Assembly (NCBI GenBank): GCA_020348925.1
Contig: CP070758.1
Coordinates: forward strand, 310,001 to 374,000
Direction: 5' to 3'
DNA length: 64,000 bases
Origin: Gemmatimonadota bacterium
Lineage (GTDB): Bacteria > JBHIER01 > G020348925
Positions 10,589 to 20,632 of this stretch are shown in pieces. Position numbers and translations under genes: made by a program. A model generated the notes under the pieces. That model worked only from the letters and a program-made list of their open reading frames with translations, ran no database searches and was not told where the DNA came from. Every line of letters starts with the position of its first letter. Position 1 is the first letter of the stretch.

Positions 10589-10998
10589 ATTCCGGCAATC
10601 GGTCTGAAAAATCTCTCAGCTTGGGAATCATATACAATGACAGTATGAATTCGATATAACAGTGTGTCCGTGTAACACGAACGTGGCCATGACTGCTGCC
10701 TTCGTGTCCGGGGTTGCACGATCTTGCCCCCTTATTCTCACTCTCTTGAAGAAAGGAGGCCATTTTCTCAGTACAATTGAATAGGCTTGGGATTTAGGAT
10801 TTTTATTTTTGTGGTGATGTTCATCCAAGCCAAAAGCGTGTTGTAGAGTTGGTCACGACGCCTTCTTTATACTCGTAAAAAAATGAGTGAGGGGGCGTTT
10901 TCTGTTTTTAAGAGGGAAATGGATTTCGTTGCGAGCATAAAAGTCTCTCCAAGTGAACTGTGGAATGCGGGGATAGAATATCCTGGAAGGAGGTCGCA

Positions 10999-12024
10999 AT
11001 GACAGTGAGAGTGATTCTGATGATCTGTCTCTGTCTGCCCGTTCTTGTTTCTCTCACCCAGGCAGACTTTCAAGAAAATAAGGAGAAGGTGGCTGAGGTG
11101 GTCAAGGGGATGGGCTGGGTTCAACAAGAAGGAAGAAAGCAGGAGTTACATGAGGGGGACGTTGTTTATGAAGGTGACATAATATTAACCCAAAAGAAGC
11201 GTATGAAGATACGGTTGTGGCAGAGGTTAACCACGCTTGAGATCAAAAAAAATTCTGAATTGGAAATAGTATCCAGGTCAATATTTAAGGTGCTCAAGGG
11301 GGATGTCAAATCCAAAATATATGCAGCGGAGCCTGTGGTCTTCGAAACCCCTATCGTCCGTTTTGGTGCTTACGGCACTGAGTTTTTGGTTCGTGTGAAA
11401 CCCGATACGACCTACGTGGGTGTATCAGAGGGTGAGATTAAGGTGAGACATCTCGAGTCCGAATCCGAGCAGATGACAACGCTCTCTCCAAATCTTATGC
11501 TCAGGGCCACTTCCGATGACCCTTTGAAGATAGCCCCGTTACCTAAGAAATCCTCTACCCCGAAATGGATTACAATAGGAGCGTGCGCCGCCGCAGGCAT
11601 TGGTGGGTATCTTCTTATCGATCATTATGCCGGTGGCAGCCCTTCCGCAACAAAAGAAATAAAGAGCCTTCAAGATGCTATTAATGCAGCAGATTATGTC
11701 ATTGGTCATTTAGAAACCGCGGATAGCTTTTTGGTAAATTTAAGTACTGCTAACGTTGACTCGGCTCAAGACCATATTGATTTCGGGAATATTAAAGTGA
11801 AAGACATCCGTGATGGTGGAAAGGAAATAAGAAAGTCTATGCAAAAAGTTAAATATGGAATCGCAGCGCTTGCAGCAGTCGTCAGTGTATATTCCACCGT
11901 CCGTTTGTTCCAGGATCGGGATGTCTACCGAGGGATTGAAGATCGAAAATGGTGGGTCTCCTTTAAACCAGACCTTTTAGGTGAGGATCCTTCGATGAAG
12001 CTGGCTTTGAATGTCAAGTTCTAA
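10999..12024 (+). CDS. FecR-domain exported protein with C-terminal hydrophobic segments
   Basis: RBS GGAGG; signal peptide; FecR-like VKG..L.EGD.I.T, ETP..GAYGTEF.V, V.EG.I.V; ends in aromatic ...LNVKF. Confidence 0.7.
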   Translation: MTVRVILMICLCLPVLVSLTQADFQENKEKVAEVVKGMGWVQQEGRKQELHEGDVVYEGDIILTQKKRMKIRLWQRLTTLEIKKNSELEIVSRSIFKVLKGDVKSKIYAAEPVVFETPIVRFGAYGTEFLVRVKPDTTYVGVSEGEIKVRHLESESEQMTTLSPNLMLRATSDDPLKIAPLPKKSSTPKWITIGACAAAGIGGYLLIDHYAGGSPSATKEIKSLQDAINAADYVIGHLETADSFLVNLSTANVDSAQDHIDFGNIKVKDIRDGGKEIRKSMQKVKYGIAALAAVVSVYSTVRLFQDRDVYRGIEDRKWWVSFKPDLLGEDPSMKLALNVKF

Positions 12025-12101
12025 ATAAAGGAATGATTGAAGTAAAAAAGAACGCAGTCTTCAAAGCACATTCTCTTTGAATGTTCGAGGGGGAAATATC
12101 C

Positions 12102-13628
12102 ATGTTAAAGAGATTTCGCTCCTTTCGTATAGTTTTCGGACTCAGTATAGCTGCAGGATTTCTGTCTATTCTGCTTTCTGAAAAACGATCTCTCGAAGAG
12201 CTTGAATTGAAGTCTCGCGATTTTCGTCTGAAGTGGTTCCAGAAAAGTGGTGAGTGTGATACATCGATAGTCGTTGTTCTCATTGACGATGAAGACCTCC
12301 GGCGATACGGAGTTGGAGCAGCGGATTCAAGCTTGTGGCCGTTACCACGTAATGTGTATGCGCGGCTTATTGACACATTGTATGCTATGGGCGCTGAGGT
12401 CATCGGCATAGATCTTGTCTTTTTGGGAGGTGATAGACACGGGGCTGGTAACGATACCTCTTTTGCGCGGGCAATACAGAGGGGAGGGAATGTCATTTTG
12501 CCTTTTACTTTTGCTTGCAACTCAAGCAGTGGAGACGTTCGGGATATTTTGAGGTTTGAACTGCGATCGAACATTGTACCCGCTGGTTACACAGGAGAGA
12601 AAAGTATAACGAGGGTTTGTGTACCACCCTCAATGTTTTGCGATGCAGTGCCTGGTATGGGATTTGTGGGATCCATTCCTGATAAGGACGGTGTCCACAG
12701 AAAAATTCCACTCCTCATCCCTTACAATGAATGGCTTTTTCTCCACTTTGATGTTTGGGTTGCTTTGCAGTATCTTGGTCTCTCTTATGATAGTGCTGCT
12801 GTTCATTCCGGGGACATTCGATTCGCCAGTGGAGATATGCAGAATTTACTCTCGATTTCTATCAATGAAAAGGCACACATGCTCATCTCATTTCGCCAAG
12901 CCAACACATTGAAACAGATCAAGCTGAGAGAAATTTTGGATCATTGTTCGACCAACATGCAAGACAAAATTGTATTGATTGGAGTATCAGCTCCCGATTT
13001 AAACGTACCCGAATGTTACCCAACACCGTTTGACCACGCAATGCCAGGCGTTGTTTACCACGCATGTGTTATAAATGATATTCTGAGCCGGAACATATTG
13101 ATTGAGACCGGGATGAAGACAAATTTAGGGCTCATTCTCATCGTATGCTTGTTGTTGGGCTTTATCTTGTCTTTCTTATTCCAGATCCCTCAAAGAGATC
13201 AAAGCGCTCTCACAATGCGAGAGCGCTCTCAATTCGGTGCGAAAAGCCTTTTAATCTTCCTGATCCTTGCGCTGACGTACAGTGGCATTGTAATATGCGC
13301 CTTCGCTTTCTGGGGTATATTTCTCCATTGGACGTCGTTAATTTTAACAATTGTACTGGCATACATGTTTACTTTTTCAGGCTTGTTTGTTCCCCAGGGA
13401 TTGTCGTTAGTAAGTCAGAAAGTAGCCGAATCCTTCAAGAAGCCTGATCTTTCGAAGTTCCTTTACTTCGTTATAAAGGGGATCATCATAACGGGATTTT
13501 TTCTCCTTGGACATTGGATCTGCAATCCTCCAGAGGAATACGGGCTGTACGAGCTTTTACTCTATCTCACGGCTATTGGCGTTTTAAATTCAGGAGATCT
13601 CAAGGAATTTATCAAAAAGATAAAATGA
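12102..13628 (+). CDS. CHASE2-domain membrane protein with no cytoplasmic output domain
   Basis: IVVVLIDDE..WPLPR..A.LI..L...GA.VIGIDLVF, PDKDGVHRKIPL, DKIVLIG, TP..MPGVVYHA..IN; C-terminus is only TM helices. Confidence 0.8.
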   Translation: MLKRFRSFRIVFGLSIAAGFLSILLSEKRSLEELELKSRDFRLKWFQKSGECDTSIVVVLIDDEDLRRYGVGAADSSLWPLPRNVYARLIDTLYAMGAEVIGIDLVFLGGDRHGAGNDTSFARAIQRGGNVILPFTFACNSSSGDVRDILRFELRSNIVPAGYTGEKSITRVCVPPSMFCDAVPGMGFVGSIPDKDGVHRKIPLLIPYNEWLFLHFDVWVALQYLGLSYDSAAVHSGDIRFASGDMQNLLSISINEKAHMLISFRQANTLKQIKLREILDHCSTNMQDKIVLIGVSAPDLNVPECYPTPFDHAMPGVVYHACVINDILSRNILIETGMKTNLGLILIVCLLLGFILSFLFQIPQRDQSALTMRERSQFGAKSLLIFLILALTYSGIVICAFAFWGIFLHWTSLILTIVLAYMFTFSGLFVPQGLSLVSQKVAESFKKPDLSKFLYFVIKGIIITGFFLLGHWICNPPEEYGLYELLLYLTAIGVLNSGDLKEFIKKIK

Positions 13629-14062
13629 GAGCACCCACAGGAAACAGTTGCCTCGGCTCTTGAATCAAGAGTGCAGTGTGATCGAAAATACAAAATTGTT
13701 GGACCATTTTCAATTCAACGGACGAATTCAATACTACATGTACTGACGACCCGTTCGCTCCGAAATGGTCAAAGGATCGGTTAGGGTGACGAAACCTGTC
13801 CTGAACCAAAACCCGTACAGGGTCCATTTCGTCGTCCCAATCTTTCGGCATCAGCCACTCTTTATCTTCAAGATATTCATGATGTTTCAGCAATGACCTT
13901 CAACCAGATTGGAGAAGAATTAAATTTATTAATTATAAAGAGGTAAAGAGTAGAATTGTTTTAGCGGTATGAGAGGGATAGTTTTTTCTTGCCTCCTTTA
14001 CATAGAAGTTTTATAATTAGACAGAATATATCATAGAACATGAGATATTATGGTACAAACCA

Positions 14063-14962
14063 ATGAAGTTTCGAAATCGAATTATACTATTTCTATGTGG
14101 AGCGGTCTCCGTATTAGCTTCAGCATGCGGAAGAGAGAGGACGATGAGCATGAGTGAACTTATACCCCATGAGATACGGGGCTGGAAAATCCAAGAAGAA
14201 GCAAAAAAGTACAACCGCGAGACCATTTTCGAGTACATCGATGGGGCGGGTGAGGTGTATCGCATGTATGCGTTCCGGGAGTTGGAGGTGTTCCGATTTA
14301 CCAAGCCCGATGAACCGGATATTGTCCTCGAGATGTTCGATATGACTGCTTCTGTGGATGCCTTCGGTGTTTTCACGCACGGTCGCGAGGGTGAAGAAGT
14401 ATGTATCGGTCAAGGATCGGATTACAGGGGAGGATTGTTGTGCTTTTGGAAGGACAAGTACTTCGTATGCATCTATGCCGAAGGAACATCGGAGAAGGCT
14501 CTCAATACAGTCCTGGATCTTGGCAAAACAATTGATGGCGCCATTATAGTTATCGGTCCCAAACCTGAAGTACTTAAATACTTGCCACAGGGTGGATTGA
14601 TTGAGAATTCCCTTCGCTTCTTTCACACACATGTTTCTCTCAACTATCATTACTTCCTGGCCGATTCGAATATCCTCAATCTTGATGACAAGACGGATGC
14701 TGTGCTCGCCAGATATGATAAATCCGAAGGGAAATCACTATTACTTTTAATAAGCTATCCGAATGAGGATCTGGCGCATCTTGCTTTTAACGGCTTTATG
14801 ATTGCATATATGCCAGAGGCTCAAGAGACTCATGTACTTCAAACCGAAGATAGTACGTGGGTGGCTGCGAAGACGGAACATAATGTTGTGGCAATTGTTT
14901 TTGAAGCAGTAGAAAAAGAGGCAGCTGAGAGATTACTCCGAGAAGTAGTTGTTATAAAATGA
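14063..14962 (+). CDS. Predicted lipoprotein (DUF6599-like)
   Basis: Lipobox ASAC; IFEYIDGAGEVY..Y.F, DAFGVF, FWKDKYFV. Confidence 0.7.
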   Translation: MKFRNRIILFLCGAVSVLASACGRERTMSMSELIPHEIRGWKIQEEAKKYNRETIFEYIDGAGEVYRMYAFRELEVFRFTKPDEPDIVLEMFDMTASVDAFGVFTHGREGEEVCIGQGSDYRGGLLCFWKDKYFVCIYAEGTSEKALNTVLDLGKTIDGAIIVIGPKPEVLKYLPQGGLIENSLRFFHTHVSLNYHYFLADSNILNLDDKTDAVLARYDKSEGKSLLLLISYPNEDLAHLAFNGFMIAYMPEAQETHVLQTEDSTWVAAKTEHNVVAIVFEAVEKEAAERLLREVVVIK

Positions 14963-15004
14963 GCTGTTCCAATAAAGAGACAGTAAAGCAATGACAATTT
15001 CAAC

Positions 15005-15144
15005 TGTCATTTCGATCGCACCCCAAATCAATTTTCGGGGTGCGTGGAGAAATCTGGTTATTCCCAATTACAGATTTTTCGTTTCGGCTCCGCCTCACTC
15101 GGATGACAAGCTGGTGAGTTGAATGGGCTCTATTCGGAATGACA
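15005..15144. repeat. GTCATT...ATGAC family element(s)
   Basis: TGTCATTTCG..GGAGAAATCT..AGATTTTTC..GGATGACA, plus CGGAATGACA at 15135-15144. Confidence 0.5.
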
Positions 15145-15169
15145 ATAATCATGGCAGGAGGTGGATATT

Positions 15170-16069
15170 ATGGCAGAGACTGAGAATCGGATAACCCGCA
15201 GAGATTTTATTCGAGGGACAACCTGCGCCACCCTGGCACTGGCCATGGGGATAGGCCTGGAGGCACAGGAGAAGGAAAAACCTTTGAAATTGACGAAAGT
15301 GATGCTCGTGAGGGATGAAAAGGTTTTTGACAAGGAAGGGCGCATCGATCCAATGGTGATCCAGAAGATGATGGATGATGCTGTTACTGTACTGTTTGAC
15401 AAAAAGAAGCCCGTCGAAGCGTGGAAAACAATCATCAAACCCAAGGATATTGTCGGTATCAAGAGCAATGCGTGGGGCTCGCTTCCAACCCCTGATGCGT
15501 TGGAACAGACTCTCAAGCGCGGAATATTGGATGCAGGTGTCGACGAGAAAAACATCTCCATTGACGATCGGGGCGTGTTAGGAAACAAGGTTTTTCAGAA
15601 AGCAACCGCTCTTATCAATGCTCGTCCCCTGCGAACGCACGCCTGGTCAGGTGTCGGAAGTCTCCTCAAGAACTACATCATGTTTGTACCGAGTCCGTCA
15701 GATTATCATGGCAACACATGTGCTGATCTGGCTGCGATATGGAAACTTCCGATTGTCAAGGACAAAACGAGATTAAATGTGCTTGTCATGTTGGAGCCAC
15801 TCTTTCACGGAGTTGGGCGCCACCATTTCGATAAAAAATATACCTGGAAATACCACGGTCTCTTAGTGGGCACGGATCCGGTGGCTGTTGATGCCGTCGG
15901 ATTGCACATCTTCAAGGCAAAGCGCCTCGAATACTTCGGTGAAGACCGACCCATGACCCCCCCGCCCCATCATATCGCTTTTGCCGACACGAAACACCAT
16001 TTAGGCACGAGCGATTTAGAAAAGATTGAGTTGGTGAAGCTGGGCTGGAAGGAGGGGATATTGATCTGA
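15170..16069 (+). CDS. Tat-exported DUF362-family protein
   Basis: ITRRDFI twin-arginine motif; DIVGIKSN, LIN..PLRTH.WSGV...LKN, GTDPVAVD. Confidence 0.8.
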   Translation: MAETENRITRRDFIRGTTCATLALAMGIGLEAQEKEKPLKLTKVMLVRDEKVFDKEGRIDPMVIQKMMDDAVTVLFDKKKPVEAWKTIIKPKDIVGIKSNAWGSLPTPDALEQTLKRGILDAGVDEKNISIDDRGVLGNKVFQKATALINARPLRTHAWSGVGSLLKNYIMFVPSPSDYHGNTCADLAAIWKLPIVKDKTRLNVLVMLEPLFHGVGRHHFDKKYTWKYHGLLVGTDPVAVDAVGLHIFKAKRLEYFGEDRPMTPPPHHIAFADTKHHLGTSDLEKIELVKLGWKEGILI

Positions 16070-16117
16070 GCAGGGCCGTGTTACAATCGGCAGAACGAAA
16101 CAATTTCTTGTTCGACA

Positions 16118-16145
16118 GAGATTGCTTCGCTTCGCTCCCAATGAC
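16118..16145. repeat. Half-copy of the GTCATT...AATGAC family
   Basis: GAGATTGCTTCGCTTCGCTCCCAATGAC. Confidence 0.5.
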
Positions 16146-16260
16146 GGGTAGAAAGGTTGAGATTGCTGTGCGGAGTCTGTCCCGGGCTCAGCTCGGGAGT
16201 TGGCAACGATGTCCCTATTCTCATACCCTGCAGGTAATATTTCTATTAAAGGAAAAGCTG

Positions 16261-18720
16261 ATGAAACGTGATGTTGGTCTGACAATTCTTTTTCTATTTC
16301 TTACTGTTTTTTTAACGTCTCACTCTAGGGCCCAGGATACATCACGCATACCCTCCTACTATTCGAACGTGGACTTTCTCCTCTCAACACCCGGAGCTGC
16401 AGGATCGGCCATCGGGGGGTACGTCAATCCAGCGGTGTACGGTGTAGTTCCTGGGCCGGAACTGCAACTCTACTGGTCCGACGAGCGGGCCAAATTGAAT
16501 TCCTGGAAAAACTGGGGTCTATTCACTGGCCTTCCTCATTTAGGATTTGGGCTTGTTCACCGTGAATTACATGAACCCGGAACGGGGGAGAAGCCCAAGG
16601 ATTTCGGAGTGACAGATTATCGAATTGCTCTGGCCCACGGTGATAGATCGATGAGTTTCGGCTTCGGATACGGATGGTCCAAAGGATATCCTGAAAATCA
16701 TCCGAGGGATGACATCCTTCAAGTCGGAACGATTCAACGGCCGAGTCGATACGCTTCAATCGGAATTGCCGGGGCTTTTGCCATGGGCAGCTCCGATCGC
16801 AAAGGTTTTCTGGATGTGGCTCTTCGTCCCTTTGGCGATCCTGCGGTAACCCTATTCGGTGATGCGGAGTGGGGGAAAAAGGATCGGGTAAAAGATGTCC
16901 GCTGGGGAACAGGCGCGGCTGTCGAATTGTTCCCCGGAGTGCGATTGGCCGGGAAATATTTCGATACAGAGGAATTCACCCTGGGATTGAGCTTCGATTT
17001 CGGAAAGTTACAACTTTCGTCCGCTCCACATTACGATAAGAAGCAAGAGCTTGGATACACCGCATACGGAGTCCGGCTGGGTTACCCAAGGGAAAACATC
17101 TTTGATCGATACTTCAAAAAAGACAAACGATACCTATCAGTAGGACTGAAAGGCAAAATCGCCTATCGAAAATATCGTTATTTTGATAATGAAACCAGTA
17201 CATTGAGCGACATTCTCTTTGCTCTGGAGCAAACGATTGAAGATTCTCGAATGGCCGGTGTCGCTTTGAATCTTTCCGGTATGAACATCTCACGCGTCAT
17301 GGCCTGGGAGATTCGGGAGAAACTGAAAAAAGTTCGAGAGGCTGGCAAGGGCGTGGTGGTTTACATCGATCAGGGAGAAATGGCCGAGTACCATCTGGCC
17401 AGTGTGGCTGACAGGATCGTCATGGATCCCCAGGGTATGCTCTTTCTGCCCGGATACGTAGCCGGACGCACGTATCTTCGAGGTACCCTGGATAAGCTCG
17501 GTCTGGGGGTCGACGAATGGCGGTTATTCAAATACAAGTCCGCTTTTGAAGGTTTGTCCAGAGAGGGGATGTCCGATGCAGACCGGGAGCAGCGACAGGC
17601 ATTGATCGATGATTTCTATGCAACGGTCAGAAATGATGTCTGTGCCTCACGCCAGGTCTCACCCGACCAATTTGACTCGTGGATCAATGAGAAGACAATA
17701 ATCCCGGCTGACAGCGCCCTGGTTCATGGGTTGGTTGATACGCTGGGACGGTGGGAAGATGTGCGAAGTGTCATCACATCCTTCGAGGGTGCAGCCAAGG
17801 CATTGGTTGGTCGCAAACAGATAGCTGCCCGGGAGTTTCCCTCCCAGATGTGGGGAGAGAGATCAAAAATTGCCATCGTCTACGGGCTGGGTACCTGTGC
17901 CATGGACGAGGGGATCAAAGCCCGTCGACTGGAAAAAATCTTTCAGCGATTGAGCAGGGAAGATGGGATAAAAGCGATTGTCTTTCGGGTGGATTCACCC
18001 GGGGGGGATGCGTTGGCCTCGGATGTGGTGGCCGAGGCCCTGCGAAAGTGTGCGGAGGAGAAACCTGTGATCGTGAGCCAGGGGAACGTGGCCGGCTCGG
18101 GCGGGTATTATATCTCCATGTACGGCGATACCATAGTGGCTGCACCGGGGACGGTGACAGGCTCCATCGGAGTCATGGGAGGGTGGATCTGGAACAAAGG
18201 GCTCGGATCGAAATTGGGATTGAGCTCCGATCATGCACAAGTCGGCGATCACGCCGATCTTTTTTTTGGGATTCGATTGCCCTTTCTCGGAATACAGGTG
18301 CCGGATCGTAATCTGACCGATGAGGAACGCGGGAGAGTGGAGGAGGCGATGCGGGCCCACTATCATCAGTTTGTGGACAAGGTGGCCTGGAGTCGGGAAC
18401 TGACCGAGGCCCAGGTCGATTCAATCGGGCAGGGCCGTGTCTGGAGCGGTATCGACGGAAAAGAGAACGGCCTGGTGGACGTCATCGGCGGGCTCGATAC
18501 CGCCATCGCCCTGGCCAGACAAGCTGCGGGAATTGGACCGGAAGCAGAAGTTGATATTGTCGAAATGCCTGAGAAGGGATTGTTCAAATTGGATTTCCTG
18601 AAGCTGGAAATGCCGGCCTTCAATATGGGGGAAGAACGGGAATGGCTCTACCTGAAGCTTCTTTCCGAGCACCTGGGCGAACCTCTACCCATGATACCAC
18701 CCGACATGTATCCGGAATAG
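16261..18720 (+). CDS. sppA: Signal peptide peptidase SppA (S49, two domains) with N-terminal beta-rich extension
   Basis: Start at ATG 16261 with signal peptide; YHLASVADRI, KYKSA.E, FRVDSPGG, AGSGGYY, TGSIGV, QGRVWSG..GLVD. Confidence 0.88.
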   Translation: MKRDVGLTILFLFLTVFLTSHSRAQDTSRIPSYYSNVDFLLSTPGAAGSAIGGYVNPAVYGVVPGPELQLYWSDERAKLNSWKNWGLFTGLPHLGFGLVHRELHEPGTGEKPKDFGVTDYRIALAHGDRSMSFGFGYGWSKGYPENHPRDDILQVGTIQRPSRYASIGIAGAFAMGSSDRKGFLDVALRPFGDPAVTLFGDAEWGKKDRVKDVRWGTGAAVELFPGVRLAGKYFDTEEFTLGLSFDFGKLQLSSAPHYDKKQELGYTAYGVRLGYPRENIFDRYFKKDKRYLSVGLKGKIAYRKYRYFDNETSTLSDILFALEQTIEDSRMAGVALNLSGMNISRVMAWEIREKLKKVREAGKGVVVYIDQGEMAEYHLASVADRIVMDPQGMLFLPGYVAGRTYLRGTLDKLGLGVDEWRLFKYKSAFEGLSREGMSDADREQRQALIDDFYATVRNDVCASRQVSPDQFDSWINEKTIIPADSALVHGLVDTLGRWEDVRSVITSFEGAAKALVGRKQIAAREFPSQMWGERSKIAIVYGLGTCAMDEGIKARRLEKIFQRLSREDGIKAIVFRVDSPGGDALASDVVAEALRKCAEEKPVIVSQGNVAGSGGYYISMYGDTIVAAPGTVTGSIGVMGGWIWNKGLGSKLGLSSDHAQVGDHADLFFGIRLPFLGIQVPDRNLTDEERGRVEEAMRAHYHQFVDKVAWSRELTEAQVDSIGQGRVWSGIDGKENGLVDVIGGLDTAIALARQAAGIGPEAEVDIVEMPEKGLFKLDFLKLEMPAFNMGEEREWLYLKLLSEHLGEPLPMIPPDMYPE

Positions 18721-19096
18721 GGAGCTGGGACGGCCCAGAGGCGAAGGCGCACTTCAAAAGCCTCCATATCATATTGCTTTTTGCATAAGTTAAGGAAAGA
18801 CTTATTCTCGACAAACCAGATCGACGATAGATCGAAAAGCTGTTCGGAATCCATCCATTATGCAGGGAGCAATAATAATCGAACTCATCCAAAAATTCCC
18901 GCCTGTGGGGAAATCACAGCACTGTTATTCATAGAGTACTGTAACGTTTTTTCGAGATATCGACCGAAAAAAATGCTCACGAGCGGCATAAGATCAAGAA
19001 TCGGCTTGACTTTTCCTTCAGGTTTTGTAACTTAGTGATCTGTTTTTGTCCTGACACGAGCAGTTCGCACAATGATTGAGAGGATGCAGGAAAGAA

Positions 19097-20632
19097 ATGG
19101 AGAAAAAATTTTCAGAGCTTGATTTTTCTATATTAACAACCCTTTCAAAAATCAAAGAGGAGCTGTCCATCAATGATGTGGCCGATCGGATAGGGATGGA
19201 TCAGGCCAAGGTGTCCGCTGCCTGCCTGTGGTTCGCCGACGAAGGCTTGATAGATCTGACCGAGGAGCAGACGACCGTCGTCCGCATCGGAGATGAAGGG
19301 AAGCGGCTCCATTCGGAGGGATTCCCGGAGCGACGGGCCCTCGAAATTATCGAGAAAAAGGGTGGCCAGATACCCTTCAGTGCCGTCGCCTCGTCCTTAT
19401 CCCTGGACAAAGCCGGTAGCGGAGAAGTCATCAAGTGGGTCCTGGCGAAGAAATGGTGTGAAAAGAAAAACGGGAATCTGGCCATTACGGATGAAGGGCG
19501 GCGTTCCCTTGAGAATGAAGGCGAAGATGAAAAACTGGTACATTCTTTGGCCGCGAAAGAGCAGGCCGATCTGGAGACATTAAAGGGCGAAGGCATTGCT
19601 GTTGAGGAAGCGCTGAGGCTTTTAAAGAGCAGGCCCAGGTCGGTAAAAATGAAAGAGAAAGTGATCCGAAAGGTGCGTCTGACCGAGCGTGGGATGGCTC
19701 TGGTAGCGCGTGGACTCGAAAAGGAAAAACCCGAGGTTACGGAGCTCTCCCAGACGATGCTGACAACGGGAAAATGGCGGGATGTCAGGTTCAAAACATA
19801 CGATATCACTCTGCCCAGTGCTCCTCTCTACCCAGGAAAGGTCCACCCGCTCCAGCGAATCGTTGATGAGACGCGGCGATGCTTTTTTGAGATGGGCTTC
19901 ACCGAGATCGTTTCACCCCACGTGGAAAGTTCCTTCTGGGATTTCGATGCGCTCTTCCAGCCTCAGGATCATCCGGCCCGGGAAATGCAGGACACGTTTT
20001 ATGTGAAATGCCCCAGAGAATCCGATCTCCCGGATGCATCGATGGTCGATGCTGTCAAAGCGACTCATGAAAACGGTGGTGATACCGGATCTCTTGGATG
20101 GAGGTATTCCTGGGATGAGGCCAAGGCGCGGCGCAATGTTTTGAGAACCCATCTCACAGCTGCCACGATTCGGCATGTAGCCCGTGACCCTCAACCGCCG
20201 CAGAAGGTCTTCCATATTGGTCGGGTATTCCGCCGGGAAAAAATCACCTTCAAGCACGGGGCCGAATTCATCCAGGTCGATGGAATCATAATCGATAACG
20301 ATGCAACATTCGCGACCCTCCTCGGCACATTGGCGGAATTTTATCACAAGATGGGCTTTGATGAAGTGAAGTTCAGACCGGCGTTCTTTCCATACACGGA
20401 GCCAAGTGTGGAAGCTTTCGTCCGCATGGAGGAGCGAGGCGATTGGATTGAACTCGGTGGTGCGGGAGTGTTCAGGCCTGAAGTGACCGTACCCTTCGGG
20501 TGTCCCTGCCCGGTTCTTGCCTGGGGGCTGGGACTGGAACGCTTGACTATGATGCGGATAGGAATAAATGATATTCGCGAACTGTACCTTTCAAACCTCG
20601 AATGGCTCAAGGGGGTGCAGCTGTGCCGGTAA
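19097..20632 (+). CDS. pheS: Phenylalanine--tRNA ligase alpha subunit, long archaeal/eukaryote-type
   Basis: GKVHP, FDALFQPQDHPAREMQDTFY, LRTH, GRVFR.E, FFPYTEPS, AWGLGLERL; about 240-aa N-terminal extension. Confidence 0.93.
   Translation: MEKKFSELDFSILTTLSKIKEELSINDVADRIGMDQAKVSAACLWFADEGLIDLTEEQTTVVRIGDEGKRLHSEGFPERRALEIIEKKGGQIPFSAVASSLSLDKAGSGEVIKWVLAKKWCEKKNGNLAITDEGRRSLENEGEDEKLVHSLAAKEQADLETLKGEGIAVEEALRLLKSRPRSVKMKEKVIRKVRLTERGMALVARGLEKEKPEVTELSQTMLTTGKWRDVRFKTYDITLPSAPLYPGKVHPLQRIVDETRRCFFEMGFTEIVSPHVESSFWDFDALFQPQDHPAREMQDTFYVKCPRESDLPDASMVDAVKATHENGGDTGSLGWRYSWDEAKARRNVLRTHLTAATIRHVARDPQPPQKVFHIGRVFRREKITFKHGAEFIQVDGIIIDNDATFATLLGTLAEFYHKMGFDEVKFRPAFFPYTEPSVEAFVRMEERGDWIELGGAGVFRPEVTVPFGCPCPVLAWGLGLERLTMMRIGINDIRELYLSNLEWLKGVQLCR

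Noticed and set aside
10664-10721. Imperfect direct repeat GTGTCCG...CACGA upstream of the FecR gene
   Set aside because: Only two imperfect copies and no cognate regulator nearby
13612-13893. 93-aa minus-strand ORF after the CHASE2 gene
   Set aside because: No recognisable motif or RBS, and it overlaps the CHASE2 stop
18720-19096. T-box or attenuator leader upstream of pheS
   Set aside because: No T-box consensus, terminator or Phe-rich leader peptide found
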